Translations under genes and position numbers: made by a program
Source of the DNA: an uncultured Candidatus Saccharibacteria bacterium
GTDB taxonomy: Bacteria; Patescibacteriota; UBA1384; DTJR01
Direction: 5' to 3'
Assembly (NCBI GenBank): GCA_964580065.1
Contig: CAZOJE010000001.1
Location: forward strand, 87,717 to 151,716
Length of the DNA: 64,000 bases
The notes under the pieces: generated by a model
Databases searched by the model: none
What the model saw: the letters and a program-made list of their open reading frames with translations, nothing else
What the model was told of the DNA's origin: nothing
Part shown: piece after piece, positions 8,804 to 18,343 of the stretch
How positions within the stretch are numbered: the stretch's first letter is position 1
How the letters are laid out: each line of letters opens with the position of its first letter

Positions 8804-11564
8804 ACGATCCTTGAACAGCGTTTTCTAAACCGTCCAAAGTTGTGACGGTGATTTTGTAATAATATTTGGTTTTTCCTTGCAGGGCGTTCAAAGTAAGCGA
8901 ATGCGATGTTGTCTGTAAGCCACCGTATTTTTCGATATCGTAGCTGTCGGTGCTTGTGCCTACCTTGACAGATGAATCGGCCGCTTTGTCAGTGGTGAAT
9001 TTAATCGTTCCTCCATTTGAGGAAATGCCGGAAACCGATAAATTTTGAATTTGGACAGTCTCGCCACTGACAATTTTGACATTAATGGAACTTTCTCCGC
9101 TAACGCCGTTTCGATCAGTCAGCCGAGCGGTTAATTTGTATGTGCCGCTAGAAAAAGCGCTTGGATCAATTTCGGCTGAATAGGGAGAGTTAGTGGCAGT
9201 GGCGATTATTTTATCACCAAGAATATAAGTGACTGAATCAATGGGCTGTTCGGAATCTGTCGCTACAGCAACCCTTGTTTTCGTTTTAATAGTTGCGCCG
9301 TCCAACGGTTCACTAATGGTTATTTTTGGTGATTTAGTGTAGCTGGTGTCTTTCTCGTAATCTGGCAGGAGATAACCGTTGGCTTGTGCCCATGATCGAA
9401 TCGGCGCTTCCCAATTAGGATATTTCGCCCAATCATCGCCCCATTCATTATGAAGGTTAAAGAAATATTTTTCTTCAATTAATTCAGGCGGTGTCGAGCC
9501 GGTTGCGATCTTATTGTTTGCTTTATTTACTTTGAGAAGAACATTGATGTTATCGTGGTCGGTTGGCACTTGCCAAGGGGCAAAAATATCTTTTGTAAAC
9601 GATTTGGAATATTCACTTGGCAGCTTGCCGGAATATTTTTCGACGGTTAAATCTTTAATGGTATCTGGCCGCGTGAAGTCGGTTTCGTCAGCATATTTAG
9701 CCATAAATGTATGGAAAATGGGGGCGGCGACAACCGAACCGTCGGCGCCGTTGGACATTTTTGAGTTATCATTATTGCCAACCCAAACGGCTGTGGCAAT
9801 TTTAGTAGTGTAACCGACTGTCCAAGCGTCGTGAAATTCTTGGGTGGTACCAGTTTTGGCGGCAACATGATTATCGCCAAAATTTAAGGCATTTTGGCGA
9901 CCAAAAACCATACTTCTGGCATCGTCGTCGTCGAGGATATTACTGATTTCATAAGCAATTTCGGGAGCAATAGCGTTGTAAGCACTTGATTCTTTTTTAT
10001 ATTCATAAAGCGTTTTGCCCTTGCTGTCTTCAACTTTCAAAATTGGCGTTGGTTGATGAAAAACACCGTTATTACCGAAGGTGGCGAAAGCCCCAGCCAT
10101 TTCAATCGGCTTGACTTCACCGCCGCCGAGAACAAGCGATAGCCCATAGCGATCAGTTTGCGTTAGGGTAGTGATGCCAAGATCTTTAGCGGTTTTAAGA
10201 GCTTCAGGAATACCGACGAGTCCGAGGGTTTTAACGGCGGGAATATTCAGCGAGTTAGCTAAGGCGGTGCGCATTGTGACGGGGCCGTGCGTTGAACCAT
10301 CATAGTTTTGCGGTTTGTAACCGCTAAAGTCGGTTTGCAGGTCGAAGATATTGGTCCCGGGGGAATATCTCGAGCTTTTGAAAGCGGTGGCGTAAACGAT
10401 TGGCTTAAACGACGAACCGGGCTGGCGTAGGGAGTCAGTAACATTTACATTTCCATCGTTGCTGATGTCAAAATAGTCCTTGCTCCCAACCATGGCCAGT
10501 ATTTCGCCCGAAGTAGTATCAACCGAAACAAGTGCGGCGTTAGAAGCATTATATTTGGTCAGCTTTTTGGTGTTGTCAGTGATGGCTTGCTCGGCGGCGT
10601 TCTGCTTTTCCATATCTAGGGTAGTAGTCACTTTCAAGCCGCCACTATTAACCAGACGTTCACCGTACATTTCAACTAATTTTTCTTTGACGTACATGAC
10701 AAAATGTGGCGCTAAAATATTCTCGCGTTTCTGCTTAAAAGTAAGATTTTCCTTAGTCGGCGCTTCGGTCTTGGCCTTAGAGGCGTCTTCTTTGGAGACA
10801 TAATTTAAAGACGTCATTCGATCTAAAATATAATCCTTGCGAATGAAAAGAGCGTTAGTGTGAGTGCCGGTAGGCGAATAATAAGTTGGGGCGCGCGGAA
10901 TGGCCGCTAGTGTGGCGGTTTCTGACAAAGAAAGATCTTTGGCTGATTTGCCAAAATACGTTTGACTGGCTTGCTCAATACCATAAACATTTCCGCCATA
11001 AGGAATCTCGTTGAGGTACATAGCTAAAATATCTTCCTTACTATAAATTTGTTCAATTTCAATGGCGAGAATGAATTCTTTAATCTTTCGCGAGAAAGTT
11101 TTTTCGTTAGACAAGAGGGCGTTTTTAACAAACTGTTGAGTGATGGTAGAGCCGCCTTGAGATAAATTTAAATGCAAAACGTCAGAAATTGCCGCCCTTA
11201 ATATTCCTTTAAAATCAACGCCGCTATGAGAATAAAAATTGGCGTCTTCAGCGGCCACTGTTGCTTGTTTAACCTTATCGGGAATAGCGCTCTTGTCGAT
11301 AACAGTTCTTCTTTCTTCGCCGGTTTCGTAAAGCGTTGTTCCGTTTCGATCAAGAATCTTAGTTGATTCAGTAGCGTGAATTTTCGCTAATTTTGCGGGT
11401 GTGGGGAGGTCTTTTAAGTTCCACAAGAACATCAAAATAATAATGCCAAAAATACCCCCCAAGGTGTAAAGTATTACTTTCTTGGGAGTTAGACGTTTGT
11501 TGATTGCGAACCGTTTCAAACGTCTTTTTTGTTTTTTCAGATTAACAATTCCTGCAATTTTCAC
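8790..11564 (-). CDS. ponA: Class A penicillin-binding protein (PBP1A-type transglycosylase/transpeptidase) with C-terminal Ig/FN3-like extension
   Basis: N-terminal TM, GT51 motifs (…EDANFYSHSGVD…), transpeptidase SxxK/SxN/KTG-like region (…KTGTTQ…), ~170-aa beta-rich C-terminal tail. Confidence 0.8.
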   Translation of the reverse strand: MKIAGIVNLKKQKRRLKRFAINKRLTPKKVILYTLGGIFGIIILMFLWNLKDLPTPAKLAKIHATESTKILDRNGTTLYETGEERRTVIDKSAIPDKVKQATVAAEDANFYSHSGVDFKGILRAAISDVLHLNLSQGGSTITQQFVKNALLSNEKTFSRKIKEFILAIEIEQIYSKEDILAMYLNEIPYGGNVYGIEQASQTYFGKSAKDLSLSETATLAAIPRAPTYYSPTGTHTNALFIRKDYILDRMTSLNYVSKEDASKAKTEAPTKENLTFKQKRENILAPHFVMYVKEKLVEMYGERLVNSGGLKVTTTLDMEKQNAAEQAITDNTKKLTKYNASNAALVSVDTTSGEILAMVGSKDYFDISNDGNVNVTDSLRQPGSSFKPIVYATAFKSSRYSPGTNIFDLQTDFSGYKPQNYDGSTHGPVTMRTALANSLNIPAVKTLGLVGIPEALKTAKDLGITTLTQTDRYGLSLVLGGGEVKPIEMAGAFATFGNNGVFHQPTPILKVEDSKGKTLYEYKKESSAYNAIAPEIAYEISNILDDDDARSMVFGRQNALNFGDNHVAAKTGTTQEFHDAWTVGYTTKIATAVWVGNNDNSKMSNGADGSVVAAPIFHTFMAKYADETDFTRPDTIKDLTVEKYSGKLPSEYSKSFTKDIFAPWQVPTDHDNINVLLKVNKANNKIATGSTPPELIEEKYFFNLHNEWGDDWAKYPNWEAPIRSWAQANGYLLPDYEKDTSYTKSPKITISEPLDGATIKTKTRVAVATDSEQPIDSVTYILGDKIIATATNSPYSAEIDPSAFSSGTYKLTARLTDRNGVSGESSINVKIVSGETVQIQNLSVSGISSNGGTIKFTTDKAADSSVKVGTSTDSYDIEKYGGLQTTSHSLTLNALQGKTKYYYKITVTTLDGLENAVQGSFTTL

Positions 11565-11608
11565 TTGGTTATTGTACCATTTTTGATTAATATTTTCGAT
11601 ACCTTTGC

Positions 11609-13738
11609 CTATAAAGCAAATAAATTGAGCTTATTATCAATTTTAACTGCGGCGGTTCTTTTCTCGGGTATTACAACTAAATCATCGGCATCTGATATTT
11701 CAATTTCACTTTGCTTAACAGTCGTGCCATTCTTTCTTAGTTCGAGAACACGAATGCCGAACTTATCTTTACCAAGAAGAAAAATGCTAGATGATCCTTG
11801 AGAGGAAGTGATGCTAATCCAGCCGACATCACTTTGGAGAGAGCTAAAAGATTCCACTTCATTACCCTTGGAAAATTTCCGGATTTTTTTGTCGGCATTC
11901 AAGGAAAAAATATTGCCGTCAACGGCGAAATCAGAAATCGAGCTTTCCGGCGCTTGTTTTAAATAGGCGCTGAATTGACTGAAACCATTTTCTGTGTAAG
12001 ACGATTTATTTATCTGTGAAGAATCCTCGGATAGCAAATAAATGTTTGAGCCAAAAGTCTTTATTTTTTTTCCTGTTGCGGCAATATTTTCTTTTGATGG
12101 GGCTGTTTTAGTGGATTCAATTGTGTAAAGTTTATCGCCAGCAGTCAGACCATATATGCCGCTTTCTTCCATGAAAAAGATTTGCTTAATTTGATCGGAA
12201 AAATTTTCTATTTGAAATTTTTCCGTTTTTTCGTATTTGATGAGATCGACACTACTGACAGTATTGTTTTTTTCAAGCACAATGAGATTGTTGCTTTCGC
12301 CGGCCAGCAGAGCCGAATCATCTACATCTAACTGTTTGGTTGCTTGAAGAAGCTTGATATCACTTGCTTTAAAATATTCCTCTTTGGCTTGAGAGATTTT
12401 TTCGGCCATTTCTTTTTTAGCCGTTTCGTCAGTTATTTTACTCAAATCAAAATCAATAATTGATTGCCAAAGCGCCGCTGCTTTTTGCTTGTCGGTTGCT
12501 TGGGATTGCTGTTTTGCCTCGTTAAAGAGATTATTGAATTCATCTTCGTTTTTTTGGCTTGCGGCTAATTTTGCTTTATTAGCATTGCTCGATATTGGCA
12601 TAGCCACAGCACAAATTAAAATGATCAAAACGAGGGCAATGCAAAGAAGAAGCCGATTTTGTTTGCCCGGGACATACAATCTCATTCGGATCAAAATTCG
12701 GCGAAAGCGGTTTTTTATTTTTGTAAAATTTTTTTTCAGACTAGGGGGTAACTTGGTTGATTGTAAAAGAGGTTTTTTATGGCTTTTTTCTTGGTCGTTT
12801 TCGCGCAAATTTACACTGGTAAAAAGCGGACTTTCTTTTATTCGGGAAATTGATTTTTGAGTTGTTTTATTTATTTTTATAATATTTTCAACAGGCAATT
12901 TAATTGGATTTTTTTGCTTAAAAGCGGAGAGTTTATTAAGCGACGAATGAAATGCTGGCGAAAATTTCTTGAATACTTTTTTGGCCGTGTTGAGAAGATT
13001 GCCGTAAGAATGGTCGATATAAACGGTGTCAATTTTTTCTTCGGGCGACAAATTTGCCATTTGTTCTTTGGTCGTTAACTCTATTAAAATGGCATTGGCT
13101 GCACGAACGCTTCGATTTTTCAAAATCTTGGCCCATTCGATCATTGCACTGGCCACTGTTTCGTTTGTGGCGGTTAACCGCAATTCGGCTGGTTTGATCG
13201 TGTCAAAAAATATTTTATTGGCAACGACAATTTTATCATTTAGTTCTAGCGTGCCACTGGTTAAATTAGTAAAAGTTTTGAGAGGGTGGGGCGAATGTTC
13301 GGCCTCGCTGTTTTCGGTAATAAAATTAATTTTATTATCGCGATAAAGATAGGTATGCGATGTGCCGGTTTGGGCAACATGGATGTTGGCGCCATTAATC
13401 AAGACCAAAACGGCGTTAAATTTGCCAATCCAATCGGTTTCGCCGGTTTGGGCAATACCGGAGAGGGCTTCGTTGACTTTTTTGATTGCTCTTTCAAAAT
13501 TTGCCAGTTCAGAATTATTTTCCAGCTTATAATATTCTCGAATGAGAGTGTTAATGACACTTTGACCGATTTGAGCGTTTACTGTCCATGGCCCGATAAT
13601 TTCAAGATGACAAAAAAGCTGGCCTGCTTTGGCTTTTTCAGGATCGACAGGTTCATATACTTGGCATGTTGCGAACCTATCAGATAACCTGTCAGACGTG
13701 GTTAATCTGGTGTAATTAATAATCTGGCCCATTTTCAC
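11609..13738 (-). CDS. Membrane protein: cytoplasmic PP2C-like (apparently degenerate) domain + TM + extracellular beta-rich domain
   Basis: N-terminal ~250 aa align by eye to PP2C Ser/Thr phosphatases (…LVLINGANIHVAQTGTSHTYLYRDNKINFITENS…) but the canonical metal-ligand Asp motifs (DGMGG, GDSR, DN) appear substituted. TM at ~aa 355-380. Confidence 0.35.
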   Translation of the reverse strand: MKMGQIINYTRLTTSDRLSDRFATCQVYEPVDPEKAKAGQLFCHLEIIGPWTVNAQIGQSVINTLIREYYKLENNSELANFERAIKKVNEALSGIAQTGETDWIGKFNAVLVLINGANIHVAQTGTSHTYLYRDNKINFITENSEAEHSPHPLKTFTNLTSGTLELNDKIVVANKIFFDTIKPAELRLTATNETVASAMIEWAKILKNRSVRAANAILIELTTKEQMANLSPEEKIDTVYIDHSYGNLLNTAKKVFKKFSPAFHSSLNKLSAFKQKNPIKLPVENIIKINKTTQKSISRIKESPLFTSVNLRENDQEKSHKKPLLQSTKLPPSLKKNFTKIKNRFRRILIRMRLYVPGKQNRLLLCIALVLIILICAVAMPISSNANKAKLAASQKNEDEFNNLFNEAKQQSQATDKQKAAALWQSIIDFDLSKITDETAKKEMAEKISQAKEEYFKASDIKLLQATKQLDVDDSALLAGESNNLIVLEKNNTVSSVDLIKYEKTEKFQIENFSDQIKQIFFMEESGIYGLTAGDKLYTIESTKTAPSKENIAATGKKIKTFGSNIYLLSEDSSQINKSSYTENGFSQFSAYLKQAPESSISDFAVDGNIFSLNADKKIRKFSKGNEVESFSSLQSDVGWISITSSQGSSSIFLLGKDKFGIRVLELRKNGTTVKQSEIEISDADDLVVIPEKRTAAVKIDNKLNLFAL

Positions 13739-13799
13739 TCATTTTACCAATTATTTCATATTTTATAAAATAGGGTTATAATTTTGCCACTGGAGGAAC

Positions 13800-15017
13800 A
13801 TGCCGCTGGCGAATGATTTAAGACCTAAAACATTGGACGAATTCATCGGCCAAACACATATAATGGGGCCGAAGAGTTGGCTTACTCAAGCGATTAAAAA
13901 CGATGCGTTGAGTTCTTTGATTTTATTTGGGCCGCCTGGAAGCGGTAAGACAACCTTGGCCAACATCATTGCCAACTCAACGAAGGCACAGTTTGTTCAT
14001 CTTAACGCCACGAGCGGTTCGGCCAAAACACTTAAACAAGAATTAGAAAAAGCCCAAATTGCCCTCGAGGGAAAACAAAAAACAACTATTTTTATTGACG
14101 AAATTCACCGTTTTAACAAAGCCCAGCAAGATGTTCTTTTGCCCTATATCGAAAGAGGAGTAATCACGCTAATTGGTGCCACCACCGAAAATCCGTCTTT
14201 TACCGTTATTTCGCCAATTATTTCCCGATCAAAAGTTATCGAATTAAAGCGTCTCGAAAACGAAGATTTAGCCAAGATTTTTGAACGGGCGAACGAACGT
14301 TATCCACGTTTGAAATTTACCGACGAAGCAAAAAAACTAATTATCGAAAGTGCTAACGGCGACGCGAGAATTTTACTAAATTTGTTTGAAGACATTCTCT
14401 CGTCGGGAGAAAACAAGATTTCTCGTGCCACAATCGAAAAACTTAATGTTATCAAAACTTTAAAATATGATCGTGGCGGTGAGGAACATTACAATATTAT
14501 TTCCGCTTTGCATAAATCAATGCGGGACAGCGATCCCGATGCGGCGGTTTATTGGATAATGCGAATGCTTGAGGCCGGTGAAGATCCGCTCTATATTGCC
14601 AGAAGATTGATAAGATTTGCCAGTGAAGACATTGGCTTAGCTGATCCGCACGCTCTTCTGGTGGCTGTGTCAGCTTATCAGGCCTGCCATTTCATTGGTA
14701 TGCCGGAATGTGATGTTATGCTGGCGCAAGCGGCCATTCATTTGGCTTGCGCGCCGAAATCAAATGCTTGCTACAAGGCAGTTATTTCGGCGCGAAAAGA
14801 CATTCGCGAGTTTGGTAACTTAGATGTGCCCAAGCATTTACGCAACGCACCAACCAATTTGATGAAAAATTTGGGTTATGGCAAGGGCTATAAATATGCT
14901 CATGATTTTGCTGGTGCCAAAGTTGATCAAGAGCATCTGCCGGAACGTCTGAAGGGAAAAAAATATTATTTCCCCACTGATCGTGGTTTAGAAAAGAAAA
15001 TTTCTTCTAAAAAATAG
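13800..15017 (+). CDS. rarA: Replication-associated recombination protein A (RarA/MgsA), AAA+ ATPase
   Basis: Walker A LILFGPPGSGKTTLA, Walker B TIFIDEIHRFNKAQQD, MgsA C-terminal helical domains. Confidence 0.9.
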   Translation: MPLANDLRPKTLDEFIGQTHIMGPKSWLTQAIKNDALSSLILFGPPGSGKTTLANIIANSTKAQFVHLNATSGSAKTLKQELEKAQIALEGKQKTTIFIDEIHRFNKAQQDVLLPYIERGVITLIGATTENPSFTVISPIISRSKVIELKRLENEDLAKIFERANERYPRLKFTDEAKKLIIESANGDARILLNLFEDILSSGENKISRATIEKLNVIKTLKYDRGGEEHYNIISALHKSMRDSDPDAAVYWIMRMLEAGEDPLYIARRLIRFASEDIGLADPHALLVAVSAYQACHFIGMPECDVMLAQAAIHLACAPKSNACYKAVISARKDIREFGNLDVPKHLRNAPTNLMKNLGYGKGYKYAHDFAGAKVDQEHLPERLKGKKYYFPTDRGLEKKISSKK

Positions 15018-15024
15018 GGAAATC

Positions 15025-15056
15025 AAAAAAGGCCCCCGTAGGAGGCCTTTTTTGAT
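15025..15056. terminator. Bidirectional rho-independent terminator between convergent rarA and pilin genes
   Basis: AAAAAGGCC-cccgtagga-GGCCTTTTT perfect 9-bp stem, A-run on one side and T-run on the other. Confidence 0.5.
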
Positions 15057-15067
15057 TGTTGAAAATT

Positions 15068-15514
15068 TTATCTTGTGGCCGAAATTGTAGCGCCTTGTTC
15101 AGCGCTCGGAGCGCTAACCGTGATTCTTCCGGTCGTAGCATCGCGAAGAATTTGATATCCGGCACTTGGATCAGACGATGACGGATCGTTTGGAACAGCG
15201 CCAATGTATCTACCGCTGGCTGTTAAGGTAGACAAATCAACTAAACCAGTGCAAGCAGAAGCACCTGTGCGGCAAATGTCTGTTGCGGTGGCGGTAATTC
15301 CAGCCGGAATTTGACCGTTATTATCAATAGAATATTGATAAACGGCATTCAAAATCGTGCCAACATCTGACCTACGTTGGGCATTGCGCGCTTCCCCCAT
15401 TTGTTTGCCCGGGTTAATAGCGACAATAACGATGGCCGCTAAAACCGCGATAATAGCAATAACGAGCAAAACCTCTAGTAAGGTGAAGCCCTTTTTCTTA
15501 CGAAGCATTTTCAT
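15068..15514 (-). CDS. Type IV pilin (prepilin, class III signal peptide)
   Basis: N-terminus …KKGFTLLEVLLVIAIIAVLAAIVIVAINP (G/F cleavage site + Glu5 + hydrophobic helix). Confidence 0.75.
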   Translation of the reverse strand: MKMLRKKKGFTLLEVLLVIAIIAVLAAIVIVAINPGKQMGEARNAQRRSDVGTILNAVYQYSIDNNGQIPAGITATATDICRTGASACTGLVDLSTLTASGRYIGAVPNDPSSSDPSAGYQILRDATTGRITVSAPSAEQGATISATR

Positions 15515-15575
15515 TCTCCCTCCTTATATTTTTGTTTTATTTGCTAATTATACAAAATATTGTTTTTTAGCACAA

Positions 15576-15971
15576 CTAAAATTGATCGGTCAAGGTGTAT
15601 GAGGAAATAGTCACTTGCGGGTTGACTTGACTAACTTGAATAATATATCGCTTGATCGCATTTCCGTTTTGACCAGATACTTTAACGATCGGCGTTTGCG
15701 TGCCCGAATTTTCAATCGCCAGAATCTGGCAAGTGCCTTTGTCAAAAGAAACCGATTCATTTCCGGCGTAATTTAGATCGAGACGTAAATTAGCCAAAGC
15801 TTTTTCACTACAAGATCGGGCGTAATATTCTGCTTGTTTGCCGGATTCGTATTCGCTGGCTGATTTAATACTGTCTATACTAATGGTCGTTAAAGCAAGA
15901 GTAGCCGCTGTTCCGATGAGGCCGACGACGATGACGCTAATAATAGTAATGTATGATTTTTGTTTTTTCAT
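15576..15971 (-). CDS. Small membrane-anchored protein in pilus operon (PilX/minor-pilin-like?)
   Basis: N-terminal TM without canonical G-F prepilin site; located between pseudopilin genes. Confidence 0.3.
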   Translation of the reverse strand: MKKQKSYITIISVIVVGLIGTAATLALTTISIDSIKSASEYESGKQAEYYARSCSEKALANLRLDLNYAGNESVSFDKGTCQILAIENSGTQTPIVKVSGQNGNAIKRYIIQVSQVNPQVTISSYTLTDQF

Positions 15972-16468
15972 TTTTCGATTGAAGCAGTTGTTTGAAACGT
16001 TTTTTGATAATCATATTCGTTGCGGTTGCTGGTGTTGTTAAAACTTATCGTAAAATTGACTTGAATGGCACCGCTCGTGCTACCGGCGTTTTGCGTGTTA
16101 GTAAAATTTAAATTTGAGACGGTTATTTTGGAATTGGTAAGTTTTTCATTTGGTAGGGCTCCTTCGGCAATAGTTAGAGCGCCAGAGGACAAGGCGTAAA
16201 CAGTGGGTGTGGTGTTGACGTCGTTGGTAGCAAGAGACAACGAGTCGCCCGTTGTGGCGGCGGGAAGATTTACCGATTGAGCTTCATTAATTGATTTTGT
16301 AATTGTTTCAACTAAAAACTGCCCTTGGCTTTCAACCTCAAGCATTGTCTCGGTTTTAATTCTGGCGTTAAGAATCATTGCTAACAAAGTGCTAACAGCC
16401 AAGATGATGATCGAAACCATGCTGATGTAAAGGAGAATCTCAATTAAGCTGAAAGATTTTTGTTTCAT
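15968..16468 (-). CDS. Pseudopilin / minor pilin
   Basis: …KQKSFSLIEILLYISMVSIIILAV prepilin-type N-terminus. Confidence 0.6.
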   Translation of the reverse strand: MKQKSFSLIEILLYISMVSIIILAVSTLLAMILNARIKTETMLEVESQGQFLVETITKSINEAQSVNLPAATTGDSLSLATNDVNTTPTVYALSSGALTIAEGALPNEKLTNSKITVSNLNFTNTQNAGSTSGAIQVNFTISFNNTSNRNEYDYQKTFQTTASIEK

Positions 16469-17919
16469 TTGAATGGATTTATGACAAAAAATTCTGAATT
16501 TGGATTGGGTCCGACGGCAAAAACTCTATCCTTGCCAGAACTGTAGCAAATACCGTTAAGCATATCGGATAAATCGATAGAGCTGATCTTTTGCAAAGAC
16601 GAGGGATTTGACACATCAACAACTTGAAATTCTGCCGTGGGAGAATCGCTTGCAATATAAGTAAACTGATTATTGGGACCAAAAGCCAGATCGTTTGGTC
16701 GGCCACCGATATTGTAAGTGCCGTTCAACTGGGCGTTGAGAGGATCGGTGACGTCGTAAACATACAAATTATTAGCCGGTCCTTCTTGCCCGAGAACGAC
16801 GCGGTTGCCGTAGCCGCTGACAGATACAGCGTTGCCAAACCGCAGGTTAGTTAAGGAAAACGGCGTGTAGCTTTTTTTGACTACGGCTTGGGGCTGGGTG
16901 ATGTCTATGGCGACGAGATAGGGTACAAGACCAAGGCCGGTTTGAAAAAATCCAGCTGCAACGTAAGCATAGCTGCCGGAAGCATAAACGTCATATGCAG
17001 AAATAGGCAGATTAAAGACTGGTTCTTTTAGCCGGATATAACTTAGTGCGGTCGGCACGGTTGGGTTGCTGATATCGACAACATAAAAAGTGGGCGAATT
17101 AGAAATTTGCTTGTATTCTCGCGTTAAGTAAGCTCGGTTGCCTTGAACAAAAATCCCGGTAGCTGGCTCGTTGCCGATACCTTTAAATGAATTAGCGGAA
17201 TTAAAGATTGGACTTTCGGGATTGGTTATATCAATTATTTGCATATTTTGATTTGAATCGCGGTTTGAAACGTAAGCGTAATTACCGGAAACAGCAATAT
17301 TTGTTGGCGTTCCTGGGAGAGTAAGAGAACTTTTAATTTTTGGAATGCTGGGGTCGGTCACATCGATGATGGAAAAATTATTGGTACTGCCAGCTTGTAT
17401 GACATAAGCATAATTTCCTTGAATTTGGATTTTTAGTCCGGCGAATGTATCGGGCAAGTCAACGGGCTTGTCTCCGGGGTCTGTCCAATCGCTTGGTTGA
17501 GTAGTCTTCCAGTTGGTAACTAAAGATTCTAGCGAAACAGTGTTCTGTTTGGTGCCAACATCAACCCAGCCAACATTAACGGCTACTTTTTTGGTATTGC
17601 CATCAACGGTCGAAACAGTTAGGGTTCTGGTGAATATCCCAGTTGTGTCTTGCGAGCTTATCAGCGTCCATGCCCCATTAACTATCGATATACCATATTG
17701 CCCGTCGGTTAAATTAGCAAAATCAGCGTTGCGGATTTCCTTACTCGCTTCTATGCCTTCTCGAGCTAAATCCATGGCCCTTGAGCGGTTGCTAACGGAG
17801 AAATTAGACCCGCGGGCATAGATTATCGCACCGGCCATGAAACTGATGAGCATGGCAAAGAGGGCGATTGATAAAATCACTTCGACTAACGAAAACGATT
17901 TTTGACGTCTAGTAATCAA
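16465..17919 (-). CDS. Large pseudopilin with C-terminal repeated beta-propeller-like (LVIVD-type) repeats
   Basis: …RRQKSFSLVEVILSIALFAML prepilin N-terminus; repeated NYAYV/SGNYAYVS-type motifs. Confidence 0.55.
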   Translation of the reverse strand: MITRRQKSFSLVEVILSIALFAMLISFMAGAIIYARGSNFSVSNRSRAMDLAREGIEASKEIRNADFANLTDGQYGISIVNGAWTLISSQDTTGIFTRTLTVSTVDGNTKKVAVNVGWVDVGTKQNTVSLESLVTNWKTTQPSDWTDPGDKPVDLPDTFAGLKIQIQGNYAYVIQAGSTNNFSIIDVTDPSIPKIKSSLTLPGTPTNIAVSGNYAYVSNRDSNQNMQIIDITNPESPIFNSANSFKGIGNEPATGIFVQGNRAYLTREYKQISNSPTFYVVDISNPTVPTALSYIRLKEPVFNLPISAYDVYASGSYAYVAAGFFQTGLGLVPYLVAIDITQPQAVVKKSYTPFSLTNLRFGNAVSVSGYGNRVVLGQEGPANNLYVYDVTDPLNAQLNGTYNIGGRPNDLAFGPNNQFTYIASDSPTAEFQVVDVSNPSSLQKISSIDLSDMLNGICYSSGKDRVFAVGPNPNSEFFVINPFK

Positions 17920-18343
17920 TGACCCCCCTTGAATTGACTGAAATTTCTTTATCTTCGCCTGATGAGCTTATTTTAATGGTTGCTGGCGCGTAAGGAAGAA
18001 GTGAATTTTTCTTAAAATTCACTTCTTCCGTGCCGGAAAAAGTAATGTCTTCTGGCACGGTTGTCGTTTCATCTAAAGTCGTACTTCGGCCGGCGTAATC
18101 ATTGCCGCAGTAAACGATAATCGAATGAGCGTCGAATTTTACGCCCCAGTTAGAATCATGTGAAGCAGAACGGGAAAGAATTTGGGCTCGTCTGATTAGC
18201 TGAAGTGCTTGTGTTTGGGCTAAATCCAAATCATTTTTATTTTTCATTGAAAGAAAACTAGGGAATGAAAATGAAGCAATGCCGGTTATTAAAGCCATGA
18301 CAAGGAGCAACTCAACCAGTGTAAATGCGCGTTGTTTTTTCAT
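17909..18343 (-). CDS. Pseudopilin (likely start at internal Met, MKKQRAFTLVELL…)
   Basis: Prepilin N-terminus KKQRAFTLVELLLVMALI; ORF-track start at 18427 overlaps pilC by 88 nt, so the internal Met is preferred. Confidence 0.6.
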   Translation of the reverse strand: MKKQRAFTLVELLLVMALITGIASFSFPSFLSMKNKNDLDLAQTQALQLIRRAQILSRSASHDSNWGVKFDAHSIIVYCGNDYAGRSTTLDETTTVPEDITFSGTEEVNFKKNSLLPYAPATIKISSSGEDKEISVNSRGVIDY

